From Candidatus Jordarchaeia archaeon (lineage in GTDB: Archaea > Asgardarchaeota > Jordiarchaeia > Jordiarchaeales > Jordiarchaeaceae), in the NCBI GenBank assembly GCA_029856435.1, contig JAHQXB010000062.1:1-20026 (forward strand): a DNA stretch of 20,026 nucleotides, given 5' to 3'. This document shows, one piece after another, positions 1-8,791 of the stretch. Position 1 is the first letter of the stretch, and the number at the start of each line of letters is the position of its first letter. A program made the translations under genes and the position numbers. The notes below the pieces were generated by a model, which was not told where the DNA came from, did no database searches, and was given only the letters and a program-made list of their open reading frames with translations.

Positions 1-83
1 CCCCCGAACCAGCAGATGAGGAGATGGGCGTAAAGCCTACTCTAAACGCTGGAAGCCCCGTCCGTTAGGGCGGGGTAGTTCAC
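1..83 (+). mobile_element. Right end (RE) of an IS200/IS605-family (tnpB-bearing, IS605/IS1341-like) element, truncated by the window edge
   Basis: GAAGCCCCGTCCGTTAGGGCGGGGTAGTTCAC at 52-83. Subterminal hairpin CCCCGTCC-GTTA-GGGCGGGG (56-75, one G.T pair) followed by terminal TCAC (80-83), the typical RE layout. Frame 1 reads PPNQQMRRWA* (1-33), possibly the TnpB C-terminus, but this is too short to confirm. Confidence 0.85.
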
Positions 84-103
84 ATACAAGAGTGGCTCTT
101 CTG
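1..103 (+). ncRNA. Predicted 3' part of a TnpB omegaRNA (reRNA): scaffold to 83, flank-derived guide from 84 (ATACAAGAGTGGCTCTTCTG)
   Basis: Established TnpB biology: the omegaRNA scaffold ends at the RE and the next ~16-20 nt of flank form the guide. Expression is not shown and tnpB itself lies outside the window. Confidence 0.5.
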
Positions 104-177
104 TTGGGGTGCAAAGATTATAAAGCGCCACTATTTCGAATTTAAAAGAGTCTTAAACCCCTTCCCTCTTTAGTTCT

Positions 178-233
178 CGAAAGTTTTAAGTTTTAATATC
201 TATTTTTTATTCATTAAATGCTGTTTTGAGGTG
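178..233 (+). promoter_or_regulatory. Candidate archaeal BRE/TATA (CGAAAG-TTTTAA, 178-189) and Shine-Dalgarno GAGGTG (228-233) of the macrodomain gene
   Basis: Motif match by eye. The SD lies 6 nt before ATG 240, which favours 240 over GTG 231 as the start. Confidence 0.45.
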
Positions 234-239
234 GGCTTG

Positions 240-770
240 ATGGTTGAATTAAAAGTGAACAAAACAATATTGGAATTAGTTCAGGGTGATATCACGGAGC
301 AAAGTACTGACGCCATAGTAAACGCCGCCAACGCCGCGCTTCAACTAGGCGGAGGAGTTGCTGGTGCCATTAAAAGGAAGGGTGGGCCTAAAATACAGGA
401 GGAGTGTGATAGGATTGGAGGAACCTATGTTGGGGGAGCTGTAATCACCACTGGTGGGAACCTTAAGGCGAAGTATGTGATTCATGCAGTGGGTCCCCGC
501 TGGGGAGAAGGCAACGAAGATGAAAAACTCAAAAATGCTACTCTTAACAGCCTTAAGCTTGCGGATGAAAAAAACTTGAAAAGCATCTCATTTCCTGCCA
601 TAAGTACTGGTATTTTCGGCTTTCCTATGAAGAGAGCCTCAGAAATAATGCTCAAAACTACAATTGAATACTTAAAGGCCAGAACGGGCCTAGAAAAAGT
701 GGTATTCGTCCTCTACGACAGAGAATCCTACAACATATTCAACGAGACACTGAAAAGTATTACTGCTTAG
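240..770 (+). CDS. Macrodomain protein (AF1521/MacroD-like ADP-ribose binding, putative O-acetyl-ADP-ribose deacetylase / mono-ADP-ribosylhydrolase), 176 aa
   Basis: Motifs LVQGDIT, AIVNAAN, GGGVAGAI, VIHAVGP, FPAISTGIFGFP. Start moved from GTG 231 to ATG 240 based on the SD. Confidence 0.95.
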   Translation: MVELKVNKTILELVQGDITEQSTDAIVNAANAALQLGGGVAGAIKRKGGPKIQEECDRIGGTYVGGAVITTGGNLKAKYVIHAVGPRWGEGNEDEKLKNATLNSLKLADEKNLKSISFPAISTGIFGFPMKRASEIMLKTTIEYLKARTGLEKVVFVLYDRESYNIFNETLKSITA

Positions 771-908
771 CCAAACCAAGTTTTAAATTAGGCGCCCGCA
801 ATTAGACATAAAAACTTAAAGGCAAATTAAAATTCAGCAAACATTTGAGAAGGGTTAAATTCTGAACGCCTTATTATGAATGAAAGAAGATGGGAATAGG
901 AATAAGCG

Positions 909-1583
909 ATGAATGATGAAGTTAGAAAATATTATGTTTCTGCTCCCGAAAAAGAAATAAGTTCAGATATATCTGCAAAAACTTTTGACATTTGGAATGT
1001 TATAGAATTTTGGAGAAAAAAACTAGACATAGGAAATAGACTATTGGATGTGGGGGTAGGTACAGGCCATTTCACCTATCAAGCCCTTAGAAAGGGTTAC
1101 AACGTGATAGGGATAGATTTTTTGGAGGAACTCTTGGAAAAGGTTGCCAACAAATTTCCCGAACTTAAAGGCAAGCTTCACGTTGTGAATGTTTTCGACG
1201 AAAAATCGGTATCCGAATTCGTAAGAAAATTTAACCAATTCGACATTGTAACCATTTTGGGATTAGTTCCAAACCATGCAGAGAACAAGCAACAATTGAC
1301 TGCATCTCTTTACAACATTACAAAATTCTCAGGAGTAAACTCCCTAATTGTTGAGGATCTTTTAATCCAGGAAATGTTTCCCGGTAGACCCGAAATCTAT
1401 TGGAGCGAATTCACACACACCCTAACCTCCCTCTCCGAATTGGGCGAATTCTTCAAAAAGTATGGCCTCAGACTCCTTGACGCCTACACCATCCACGAAA
1501 TCTACCCCGCCGTAAGTGAATATGACAAAGAACTCGACGAACACTATATTAGACTATTCATTCACAAACCGCCGAGGAAATAG
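909..1583 (+). CDS. Class I SAM-dependent methyltransferase, substrate unknown, 224 aa
   Basis: Motif I LLDVGVGTG, acidic post-I VIGIDF, motif II-like FDIV. Confidence 0.85.
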   Translation: MNDEVRKYYVSAPEKEISSDISAKTFDIWNVIEFWRKKLDIGNRLLDVGVGTGHFTYQALRKGYNVIGIDFLEELLEKVANKFPELKGKLHVVNVFDEKSVSEFVRKFNQFDIVTILGLVPNHAENKQQLTASLYNITKFSGVNSLIVEDLLIQEMFPGRPEIYWSEFTHTLTSLSELGEFFKKYGLRLLDAYTIHEIYPAVSEYDKELDEHYIRLFIHKPPRK

Positions 1584-1632
1584 GGCACAGGTCAACATGC
1601 AATTTACTCAAAAATCTACGTTAGAAAATAGT

Positions 1633-2205
1633 TCATTTTTTTGAAACGTACCTGTTTCCCTTAACATAAAATCTCAGTGGCATATCCTTACCGCCTTTTA
1701 TTCCTATCCTGCTCGTAGTAACAATATCTGGGTTCTCTCCAGTATCCTCAAAATAAATCTCATCGTTTTTCGTAATGTCTCTACCGTTAAAGGAACCGTT
1801 TATTTGGAAGGCCTGAGTCAGTTTGCCGGGACCGCTGGTGAGCTCCGTGTCCTTTTCCACATTTCTATACTTTCTCATTATGTCTATTCCTTCTACTGGT
1901 TCTAAGGCTCTGATTAAAACAGCTCCACTTTTATCCTCACCCTTAGCCAATATGTTGAACATCCAGTGATTTCCATAAGTGAAATAGACATAAATTGTTC
2001 CCGACGGTTTTTCCCTAAAAAAATCTCTACTACTCGGCCTTACTTGAAAATGACTCGCAGGATCACCCTTAGAATAATAGGCTTCAGTTTCAACCACCTT
2101 ACCCCTCAATGTTCCTTCAGGAGTCCTTTTCACCAAAACTTTGCCCAAGAGTTTCCGAGCGACAAGAGAAGGATCTTCGGAGAAGAAATTTCTATCAAGT
2201 TTCAT
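1633..2205 (-). CDS. mpg: 3-methyladenine DNA glycosylase, AAG/Mpg family, 190 aa
   Basis: Motifs VARKLLGK, VETEAY, DPASH, YVYFTYGNHWMFNI, AVLIRALEP, GPGKLTQAF, RIGI, PLRFY. The domain begins at MKLDRNFF (ATG 2205). The 42 upstream codons in the ORF track are AT-rich and probably non-coding. Confidence 0.95.
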   Translation of the reverse strand: MKLDRNFFSEDPSLVARKLLGKVLVKRTPEGTLRGKVVETEAYYSKGDPASHFQVRPSSRDFFREKPSGTIYVYFTYGNHWMFNILAKGEDKSGAVLIRALEPVEGIDIMRKYRNVEKDTELTSGPGKLTQAFQINGSFNGRDITKNDEIYFEDTGENPDIVTTSRIGIKGGKDMPLRFYVKGNRYVSKK

Positions 2206-2371
2206 GAATCTAAACTTTTCATACATAAAAAAATAATTTTTGGAGTTATCGGATGCAAAATAAAAAAGTAGGAATAGAGACGAGATGGTTGTTTTCAATG
2301 AGTTTCGAATGGTATAGATTTTAGGGTTCAAATCAAGCTTTTTAGTTAGGTCTCTTGGAATCCTTTTGGGA

Positions 2372-4363
2372 TTAGTCTTTTTGTTGCTCGGCGTATTCGT
2401 TTATTATTTTGTCCATTTCCCGTTTTGCATCTTCTCTTTGCTTGTTGAGATCCCATAACTTAGCTTCTATTTCTTGTATTCTGTCTTCTTGGGCGGCGAG
2501 GGTGGAAATGTACTTTTCCTTGAGTTCGGCTTCTTGTCTGGTGTTTCCCAGAACCTTCAGGTTCTCTCTGAGTCTTTCCTGATATCTAAATATCTCTTGT
2601 TTCTCTTTTTCGAGGTCGTTCATTTCCGTTCCTATTTCGTTAACCTTGCTCTGGAGTTCTGCGACTCTCTTAAGGAAGCTATTTTCCTCACCAGTGATCA
2701 GGCCCCTGTCGAAGTAATCTTCGATAAGAGCGGAACTCAATCCTACCACGTTGAGGCTGGAGCTTATGAGTCTGCGCAGCTTTACTGTGAATTCCCGACT
2801 TTTCCTCGGCTCTAGAACTATTTTCCATCGGTAATAGTTTGGCGTTTCTTCCTCAAATTTCTCCGTCTTCCAGGGTTCGAATCCAAACTCCTTGGGATGC
2901 TCAATTATAATTTCTTTCTCTTCGTCTCCCTTGTTTTTGAGAGTATACTTGGTTTCATTTACTTGATAATAATAGGTTTCGACTATGGGCCCTATCACTC
3001 TGACCTCATGCACCGATTCGTACTGCGTTTTAACTTCTTTGGTAACTGCAACAGTTTGATCAACTGCATAAGCTAATAGGCGCTTGTCCCCATCAACCAT
3101 AAATGGCAGCATACACTCTCCAGCATAGGAGTTCTCCTCATAAACAGTAACTGGTCCCTCCTCGAGGGTTAAGCCGCTGGTGTTCTTGAGCTCTATGCAG
3201 GATACGGGATTTCCCACTCGTGCGTTCTCATTATAAACCAATATTTTTTTACCCTCAATCTCAGTGTAAATGAAGGGCACCAGAGCAGAATGGTTTCTTC
3301 TAATGGTCACCGGAGTAGAAATACTGTAGAAGAAGAACTCACCCGCCTTGGCAGATTCAGTGGAAACCGAAGCCGCCGCAGTAGCGGCTGCCGCAAATGA
3401 ATCATAAGCCCCTGACATAGGGGCTCCCCTCGCAAGAATTTTAGGCGAGGGAGCAGGCGCCATCAGGGGAATTTCTTCCTCCTTGGCGTATTTTGGTTTT
3501 TCGTAAAAATCTTCTCTTTCGGCTTCTAACTTCATTTCTTCCTCTAGGCTGATTGGCGCTACCCCTGCTGTTTCTTTAACTTTAATTTCTGGTCTCCACA
3601 TGTATCGCGCAGAGTAGAGGTCGTGTCTGAATGATATGGGTAGCCCTGCTATTAGTGTGAGGTTAACGTCAACCCAATCCTCATCGGACATGTTATCTAC
3701 AAGCGCCCAGCCCTGTATCCACAGGTTTTCCTCTGAATAGTTTAGTCGGTAGCTTGTTTTCCATACAGGTACCTCTACAGTGTAGCATATGGCTACTTCT
3801 CTTTCCCCCTGTCCTCGAAACTTCAGATTCAGAGTCTTCTTGTTTTTTCTTCTGGAATCGTAAACTGTGTCAATGAAGTATTCTATATCTTTCTTGACCT
3901 CCGGGTCAAGTGTTTTAAGCTTCTTTATTTCTGTGAGGTTTACAGTTTTGATTGTGTCTTCATGAAGTAGGACTAGGGATTTTTTCTCTCTCTCCACATT
4001 GTTTTCCTTTTCTTTTGTGGTTTCGATTCCTAGGATTCTTCCTGTTAACTCTTCTGTTCCCGCGGTGAGGCTGATTTTGGCTCCCATTAGCTGTTTAAGA
4101 AGGCTGGTTAAGGAATCTTCCACAGGAACATGTACACCCACTTTCTCAAGCAGTCTACTTGTTTCCTGAGCCGCCTCATAATCTACTTCAGGAACTATGC
4201 CGCCACCATAATCTATTACTGAGAGACTCTTTAGCACATCGTTGATTTCATTTTCATCGTAGGAGATTTTGAATTCATCGTCACCCTTCACTTTCCCTCT
4301 GCGTTCAAAGTATCCCAAGCCATGTTTGAATAGCACTACTCTTCTCAAGGGAATATTTGCCAT
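2372..4363 (-). CDS. DUF4139-like protein with C-terminal coiled coil, 663 aa
   Basis: N-terminal VVLFKHGLGYFERRG, INDVLKSL, VPVWKTSYRL, QGWALVDNMSDEDW, YSISTPVTI, LEEGPVTVY, RLLAYAVD recalled from this family. Heptad-rich last ~90 aa. No signal peptide. Start set at ATG 4363 (MANIPL). Confidence 0.7.
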   Translation of the reverse strand: MANIPLRRVVLFKHGLGYFERRGKVKGDDEFKISYDENEINDVLKSLSVIDYGGGIVPEVDYEAAQETSRLLEKVGVHVPVEDSLTSLLKQLMGAKISLTAGTEELTGRILGIETTKEKENNVEREKKSLVLLHEDTIKTVNLTEIKKLKTLDPEVKKDIEYFIDTVYDSRRKNKKTLNLKFRGQGEREVAICYTVEVPVWKTSYRLNYSEENLWIQGWALVDNMSDEDWVDVNLTLIAGLPISFRHDLYSARYMWRPEIKVKETAGVAPISLEEEMKLEAEREDFYEKPKYAKEEEIPLMAPAPSPKILARGAPMSGAYDSFAAAATAAASVSTESAKAGEFFFYSISTPVTIRRNHSALVPFIYTEIEGKKILVYNENARVGNPVSCIELKNTSGLTLEEGPVTVYEENSYAGECMLPFMVDGDKRLLAYAVDQTVAVTKEVKTQYESVHEVRVIGPIVETYYYQVNETKYTLKNKGDEEKEIIIEHPKEFGFEPWKTEKFEEETPNYYRWKIVLEPRKSREFTVKLRRLISSSLNVVGLSSALIEDYFDRGLITGEENSFLKRVAELQSKVNEIGTEMNDLEKEKQEIFRYQERLRENLKVLGNTRQEAELKEKYISTLAAQEDRIQEIEAKLWDLNKQREDAKREMDKIINEYAEQQKD

Positions 4364-4459
4364 AAATAACAATTCGTAAGAGGAAAATATTAATTTAACT
4401 TGCAACAATCCTTTGGCTAATTAACTCCCACAATTAAAAGATGCACGAAGTGTTCCCAT

Positions 4460-5761
4460 ATGCCTGAAACATGGAAAAAAATACTGGAAACCGTGGATAA
4501 AGATAAAGAAAAAATTGTTGACTTGGTATCCCAACTTATCCGTATTCCCTCCACAAACCCTCCAGGTGATACCCGCGAAGTTGCAGGATATATCTCTGAT
4601 TACTTGAATAATTTGGGAATAAAAGCGCAAAAATACGAGGCCAAGCCGGAGCTAGTGTCAATAGTCGCGAAGGTGGGCAGCCAAAAAGGGAAAAAAATTC
4701 TATTGAATGGACATGTGGATGTGGTTCCAGTTGGTGATGCCACTAATTGGATGGTAGAACCCTTTAGCGGAAAAGTCTATGAGGGTCAAATATGGGGCAG
4801 AGGAGCCTCCGACATGAAGGGAGGAGTAGCAGCCATTCTGAGCACCTTGTCCATTCTCCAGAGCTACGACTTACTGGATAGATTGCAGGGCACCCTTGAA
4901 TGTTCCCTTGTGCCAGACGAGGAAACCGACGGTTATCTGGGAACCGGGTGGCTTGTCGATAAAGGCATAATTAAGGATGGAGACTTAGCAATCGTAGCTG
5001 AGGGCACCATTAGTCCGCTTTTTGGATACGGGATCTGCATTATGGAGAAGGGGGGATTAACTCTTAAACTCAAATCAAAGGGCGCAGAGGCACATGGAGG
5101 AATGCCCTTCTTGGGAGACAATGCCATTGAGAAGCTAACGAGGATTCTCCCAAAAATTAAAACTCTCGAGAATAGAGACCTTAAACTGCCCCAAAAAGTA
5201 GTAAAACTCATTGACAGAACTAAGCCCTTATACCAAGAGGTGGGCAAGTTAATCGGGTTTCCGGAAGAAAAAATTGAGCCGTTTCTTAAACAGCTATTGG
5301 TGAACATAACAAGAATATCGGGGGGAGTTGCAGACAACGTGATTCCCGCCGAAGCCTCAGCCATAATGGATGTGCGAATTCCTCCCGGAATAGCCGTCAG
5401 TGAGGTCTACAACCTATTTAATGAACTAATTGCGAAGGAGGGAAAAGAAGATTTTACTCTGGAGCAATTGTCCTACTGGGTTCCCTCAATAGAGAAGGGT
5501 GAAGATTCCCCAGCCGCCAAACTGGTGGAAAAGGCAATTCATAAAGTTGACCCTAGCGCCAAAATTTACCATGTTTATTCCAGTGGAGGGTCTGATGCAA
5601 AATTCTTCCGGGCACTGGGAATACCCACGGTACTCTTTGGACCCGGACAGCCAGAATTGGCACACAGCGCCAATGAAAGAATCATAATTCAAGATTTGGT
5701 AAAGGCAGTGAAAATCTACCTTACTGGTATTCTAGACTACCTTGCACCAGATGATAGCTGA
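4460..5761 (+). CDS. M20 family metallo-amidohydrolase (ArgE/DapE-like), 433 aa
   Basis: Metal-ligand motifs LLNGHVDVVP, GRGASDMKGG, DEE, AE, GGSDA, AHSANE. Dimerisation domain with AHGG and NVIP. Confidence 0.92.
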   Translation: MPETWKKILETVDKDKEKIVDLVSQLIRIPSTNPPGDTREVAGYISDYLNNLGIKAQKYEAKPELVSIVAKVGSQKGKKILLNGHVDVVPVGDATNWMVEPFSGKVYEGQIWGRGASDMKGGVAAILSTLSILQSYDLLDRLQGTLECSLVPDEETDGYLGTGWLVDKGIIKDGDLAIVAEGTISPLFGYGICIMEKGGLTLKLKSKGAEAHGGMPFLGDNAIEKLTRILPKIKTLENRDLKLPQKVVKLIDRTKPLYQEVGKLIGFPEEKIEPFLKQLLVNITRISGGVADNVIPAEASAIMDVRIPPGIAVSEVYNLFNELIAKEGKEDFTLEQLSYWVPSIEKGEDSPAAKLVEKAIHKVDPSAKIYHVYSSGGSDAKFFRALGIPTVLFGPGQPELAHSANERIIIQDLVKAVKIYLTGILDYLAPDDS

Positions 5762-5923
5762 GTTCACCATACTCTGCATTTTTACAATAAATTGAAAAGA
5801 TATCTCAATTAAAAGGTAGATAAATCTTTTTAGAATGATGACAGATGGTATCATGGCAATGTTTATTAAAAACTATTGAATCTTTTCTTTCAAAAATTTG
5901 TTAATTGGTAGGGGATAAATCGA

Positions 5924-8713
5924 ATGTCAGAGTGGTTTTCCAAGGATATGCGTACTATTGAGAAGGAGTTGAAAACCGATTTTGACAGAGGCTTATCTTC
6001 TAAGGAGGCGGAGAAACGCTTAGAAAAATATGGCCCAAATATACTGGTAAAAGAGAGAAAAATCAGTTTTCTATCCATTTTTAAGGAGGAAGTCACAGAG
6101 CCCCTAATACTTCTACTCATTGCCGTGGGTGTTCTCTACAGTATTTGGGGAGAATTGAGAGACGCCATAACCATTATCCTAATTATATCTCTTCTGGTTT
6201 TCGTGGAGGTATGGAACGAGTATCGAGCCAAGCGCTCCATAAGTGCCTTGCAAAGATTGGCGGCGCCAATGGTTCTTGTGTTAAGGAACGGAAAGTTGAC
6301 TGAGATCCGCACCACAGAAGTAGTTCCTGGAGATGTTATACCACTCATTGCGGGTCAACGTGTTCCCGCCGATTTGAGAATTGTGGAAAGTTATGGGTTA
6401 TCCGCAGATGAATCTTCACTCACTGGGGAGTCGGTACCCGTTTACAAGGATGCGCGCCAAGTATTGCCAAAGGAAACCGAATTAGCGGAAAGGACTAACA
6501 TGGTTTTTGCAGGCACAATTATCACAAGCGGTGAGGGTAAAGGCGTTGTTGTGGCTACGGGTGTAAACACCGAGCTGGGTAAAATTGCGGGAATACTGGA
6601 AGAGGTTAAGCCCCCCAAAACCCCTCTCCAGCTTGCCATGAAGGGACTTGTTAAATGGCTAATCTGGGTAGCCTTTTTCTTCAGCGCTTTAATTCCGACA
6701 CTTAGTTTTCTGAGGGGGCAACCGCCGCAGGAAATACTCATCAATCTGGTTTTACTGGGAGCCTTCCAAGGATGGGTTCCGTACTGGTTTGTGGCGTTTT
6801 TGTATCAACCCTTAGGATACATCGGATTATCTACTATTGAACAAGCTATAAACTCCCTTTTTGGCCTAAATCCCGTTCAGCGACTGGAACAGCTTATCCT
6901 CACGGGACTATCGCTGGCTTTCGTCACAGTGCCCGAGGAGCTGCCTATAATAATCACTATGGTTCTGGGTTTGGGAGCCTACGCCCTCTCAAAAAAGAAT
7001 TCAATTGTAAAAAGGCTCAAAGCAGCAGAAACATTGGGAAGCGTTACCGTTATCGCTACGGATAAGACTGGAACAATCACACAGAACAAGATGAGTTTAA
7101 AGAGCATTTATTCCGACGGTCATTTATTAGACGTAACGGTCTCTAAAAATTTCAAAAAAATCTTAGAGGCAGGGTTACTTTCCAGCGAGGCGTTCAGCAT
7201 TGTAAAAAGCCACAAAACAGTTTATAGAAGTCCTATGAGCACAGCGATTCTTGAAGTGGTTAAGAAGAACAAGATAAACGTGGAAAAACTACAGGAAGAA
7301 TACCAGTTGAGAGGAAAATTTGTTTTTGATAGGGTACGCAAATTGGAGTCCTTCATCTATCAAAAACAAGAAGACAAGGAGCTATACGTTTTCTCGGCAG
7401 GAGCCCCAGAGTCAATACTTGACAGGTGTTCAAGAAAATTAGAGAATGGGAAGGAAACTGATTTCATAACTGCGGAAAAGATGAGGATAAAAGAAGTTGT
7501 TTCCGAGATGGCTGGTAATGGAGAGCGAGTAATAGCTGTTGCTTACAGAAAAATTTCCAGCGGCGAAGAGTTGAAAATGGAAAAAGTGGAACGCGACCTA
7601 GTCTTTATTGGCATCTTGGGATTTATTGACCCTCCGAGACCAGAGGTTAAAGAAGCTGTGCTTTCTTGCATGAAAGCGGGAATAAGAGTTATAATGATAA
7701 CCGGCGACCATCCTCAGACAGCAAGAGCTATAGCCTCCAGTGTAGGGATTGACACCGACGCCGGAGTGCTTACAGGAGCCGAAATCTCGGAAATGAGCGA
7801 CAGGGAATTGGAAAAAGCCCTAAAAAGTGTTTCAGTATTTGCTAGGGTCACTCCAGAACAAAAGCTGAGAATAGTGAGGCTACTTAAAAAGCAGGGTGCG
7901 GTCGTGGCAGTGACGGGAGACGGAATCAATGATGCTCCGGCGCTTAAAGAGGCGGAGATTGGAATCGCCATGGGCATAAGAGGCACCGATGTAGCAAAGG
8001 AAACAGCGGACATGGTTCTTGCTGACGATAATTTTGCAACAGTGGAGGTCGCGGTTCGGGAAGGCCGAAAAATGTTTGATAATCTCAAAAAAGGTGTACG
8101 CTACTACCTAGGTGTAAAAATTGCTCTGGTAGCAATATTTATTCTACCAATTCTTCTGGGTATACCTCTCCCATTTGCACCCATACAAATCATAGTGCTG
8201 GAACTATTCATGGATCTTGCGGCCTCCGCTACATTTGTGGCTGAACCCCCCGAATCTGACATTATGACGCGGCCACCACGTGACCCTAAGGAAAAATTTT
8301 TGACGAGAAGTCTACAAGTTGGCATTTTTCTAAATGCTGCATCACTATTCGTAGCGGTTTCGATATGCTACCTATACGTCTACTATCACACACTAAATAT
8401 TGTCACTGCTCAAACAGTGGCCTTCGCAGCTTGGATGCTTGGCCACATATTCTTAGCCTTTAACTCCCGATCCGAGAGAGAGCCGCTCATAAGTCTCGGA
8501 CCATTATCAAATAAGGTTATGGTAGTCTGGGCAATCCTAGCAATAGCCGCACTAGTCATAGCTACATTGCTACCCCCACTTCAAGACGTTCTAAAAATAA
8601 CCTACCTTGAGCCAATGAACTGGCTGATTGTAATACTTGTAACCTTTGCCTGTAGCTTCTGGCTAGAAGCCAAAAAATACATCCAGTCTAAGCGGCGCAA
8701 AGGAGTCGGGTGA
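5924..8713 (+). CDS. Type II (P2-like) cation-transporting P-type ATPase, ion specificity uncertain, 929 aa
   Basis: TGES, M4 VPEELP, phosphorylation motif DKTGT (7061-7075), DPPR, TGDHP, GDGINDAPALK, and a C-terminal membrane domain. Confidence 0.97.
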   Translation: MSEWFSKDMRTIEKELKTDFDRGLSSKEAEKRLEKYGPNILVKERKISFLSIFKEEVTEPLILLLIAVGVLYSIWGELRDAITIILIISLLVFVEVWNEYRAKRSISALQRLAAPMVLVLRNGKLTEIRTTEVVPGDVIPLIAGQRVPADLRIVESYGLSADESSLTGESVPVYKDARQVLPKETELAERTNMVFAGTIITSGEGKGVVVATGVNTELGKIAGILEEVKPPKTPLQLAMKGLVKWLIWVAFFFSALIPTLSFLRGQPPQEILINLVLLGAFQGWVPYWFVAFLYQPLGYIGLSTIEQAINSLFGLNPVQRLEQLILTGLSLAFVTVPEELPIIITMVLGLGAYALSKKNSIVKRLKAAETLGSVTVIATDKTGTITQNKMSLKSIYSDGHLLDVTVSKNFKKILEAGLLSSEAFSIVKSHKTVYRSPMSTAILEVVKKNKINVEKLQEEYQLRGKFVFDRVRKLESFIYQKQEDKELYVFSAGAPESILDRCSRKLENGKETDFITAEKMRIKEVVSEMAGNGERVIAVAYRKISSGEELKMEKVERDLVFIGILGFIDPPRPEVKEAVLSCMKAGIRVIMITGDHPQTARAIASSVGIDTDAGVLTGAEISEMSDRELEKALKSVSVFARVTPEQKLRIVRLLKKQGAVVAVTGDGINDAPALKEAEIGIAMGIRGTDVAKETADMVLADDNFATVEVAVREGRKMFDNLKKGVRYYLGVKIALVAIFILPILLGIPLPFAPIQIIVLELFMDLAASATFVAEPPESDIMTRPPRDPKEKFLTRSLQVGIFLNAASLFVAVSICYLYVYYHTLNIVTAQTVAFAAWMLGHIFLAFNSRSEREPLISLGPLSNKVMVVWAILAIAALVIATLLPPLQDVLKITYLEPMNWLIVILVTFACSFWLEAKKYIQSKRRKGVG

Positions 8714-8722
8714 AACAAAAAA

Positions 8723-8740
8723 CCTTCCCCTCCTTTTTAT
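8723..8740 (+). terminator. Pyrimidine/T-tract terminator candidate after the P-type ATPase
   Basis: CCTTCCCCTCCTTTTTAT 10 nt after the stop. A TATA-like TTTATA (8758-8763) follows, upstream of the phosphatase. Confidence 0.35.
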
Positions 8741-8791
8741 TCCGTCCCCAAAAAACAGTTTATATTAATTAGGAACTCCTGATTAGTATCA

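Noticed and set aside
240-770. DarG antitoxin / DarTG anti-phage system
   Set aside because: There is no DarT-like gene, no DarG C-terminal domain and no NFPTK-type motif. The motifs fit a stand-alone AF1521/MacroD-like protein.
2206-2331. N-terminal extension of the Mpg ORF (likewise 4364-4408 for the DUF4139-like ORF)
   Set aside because: AT-rich, intergenic-like sequence ahead of the first conserved block. Downstream ATGs are more plausible starts.
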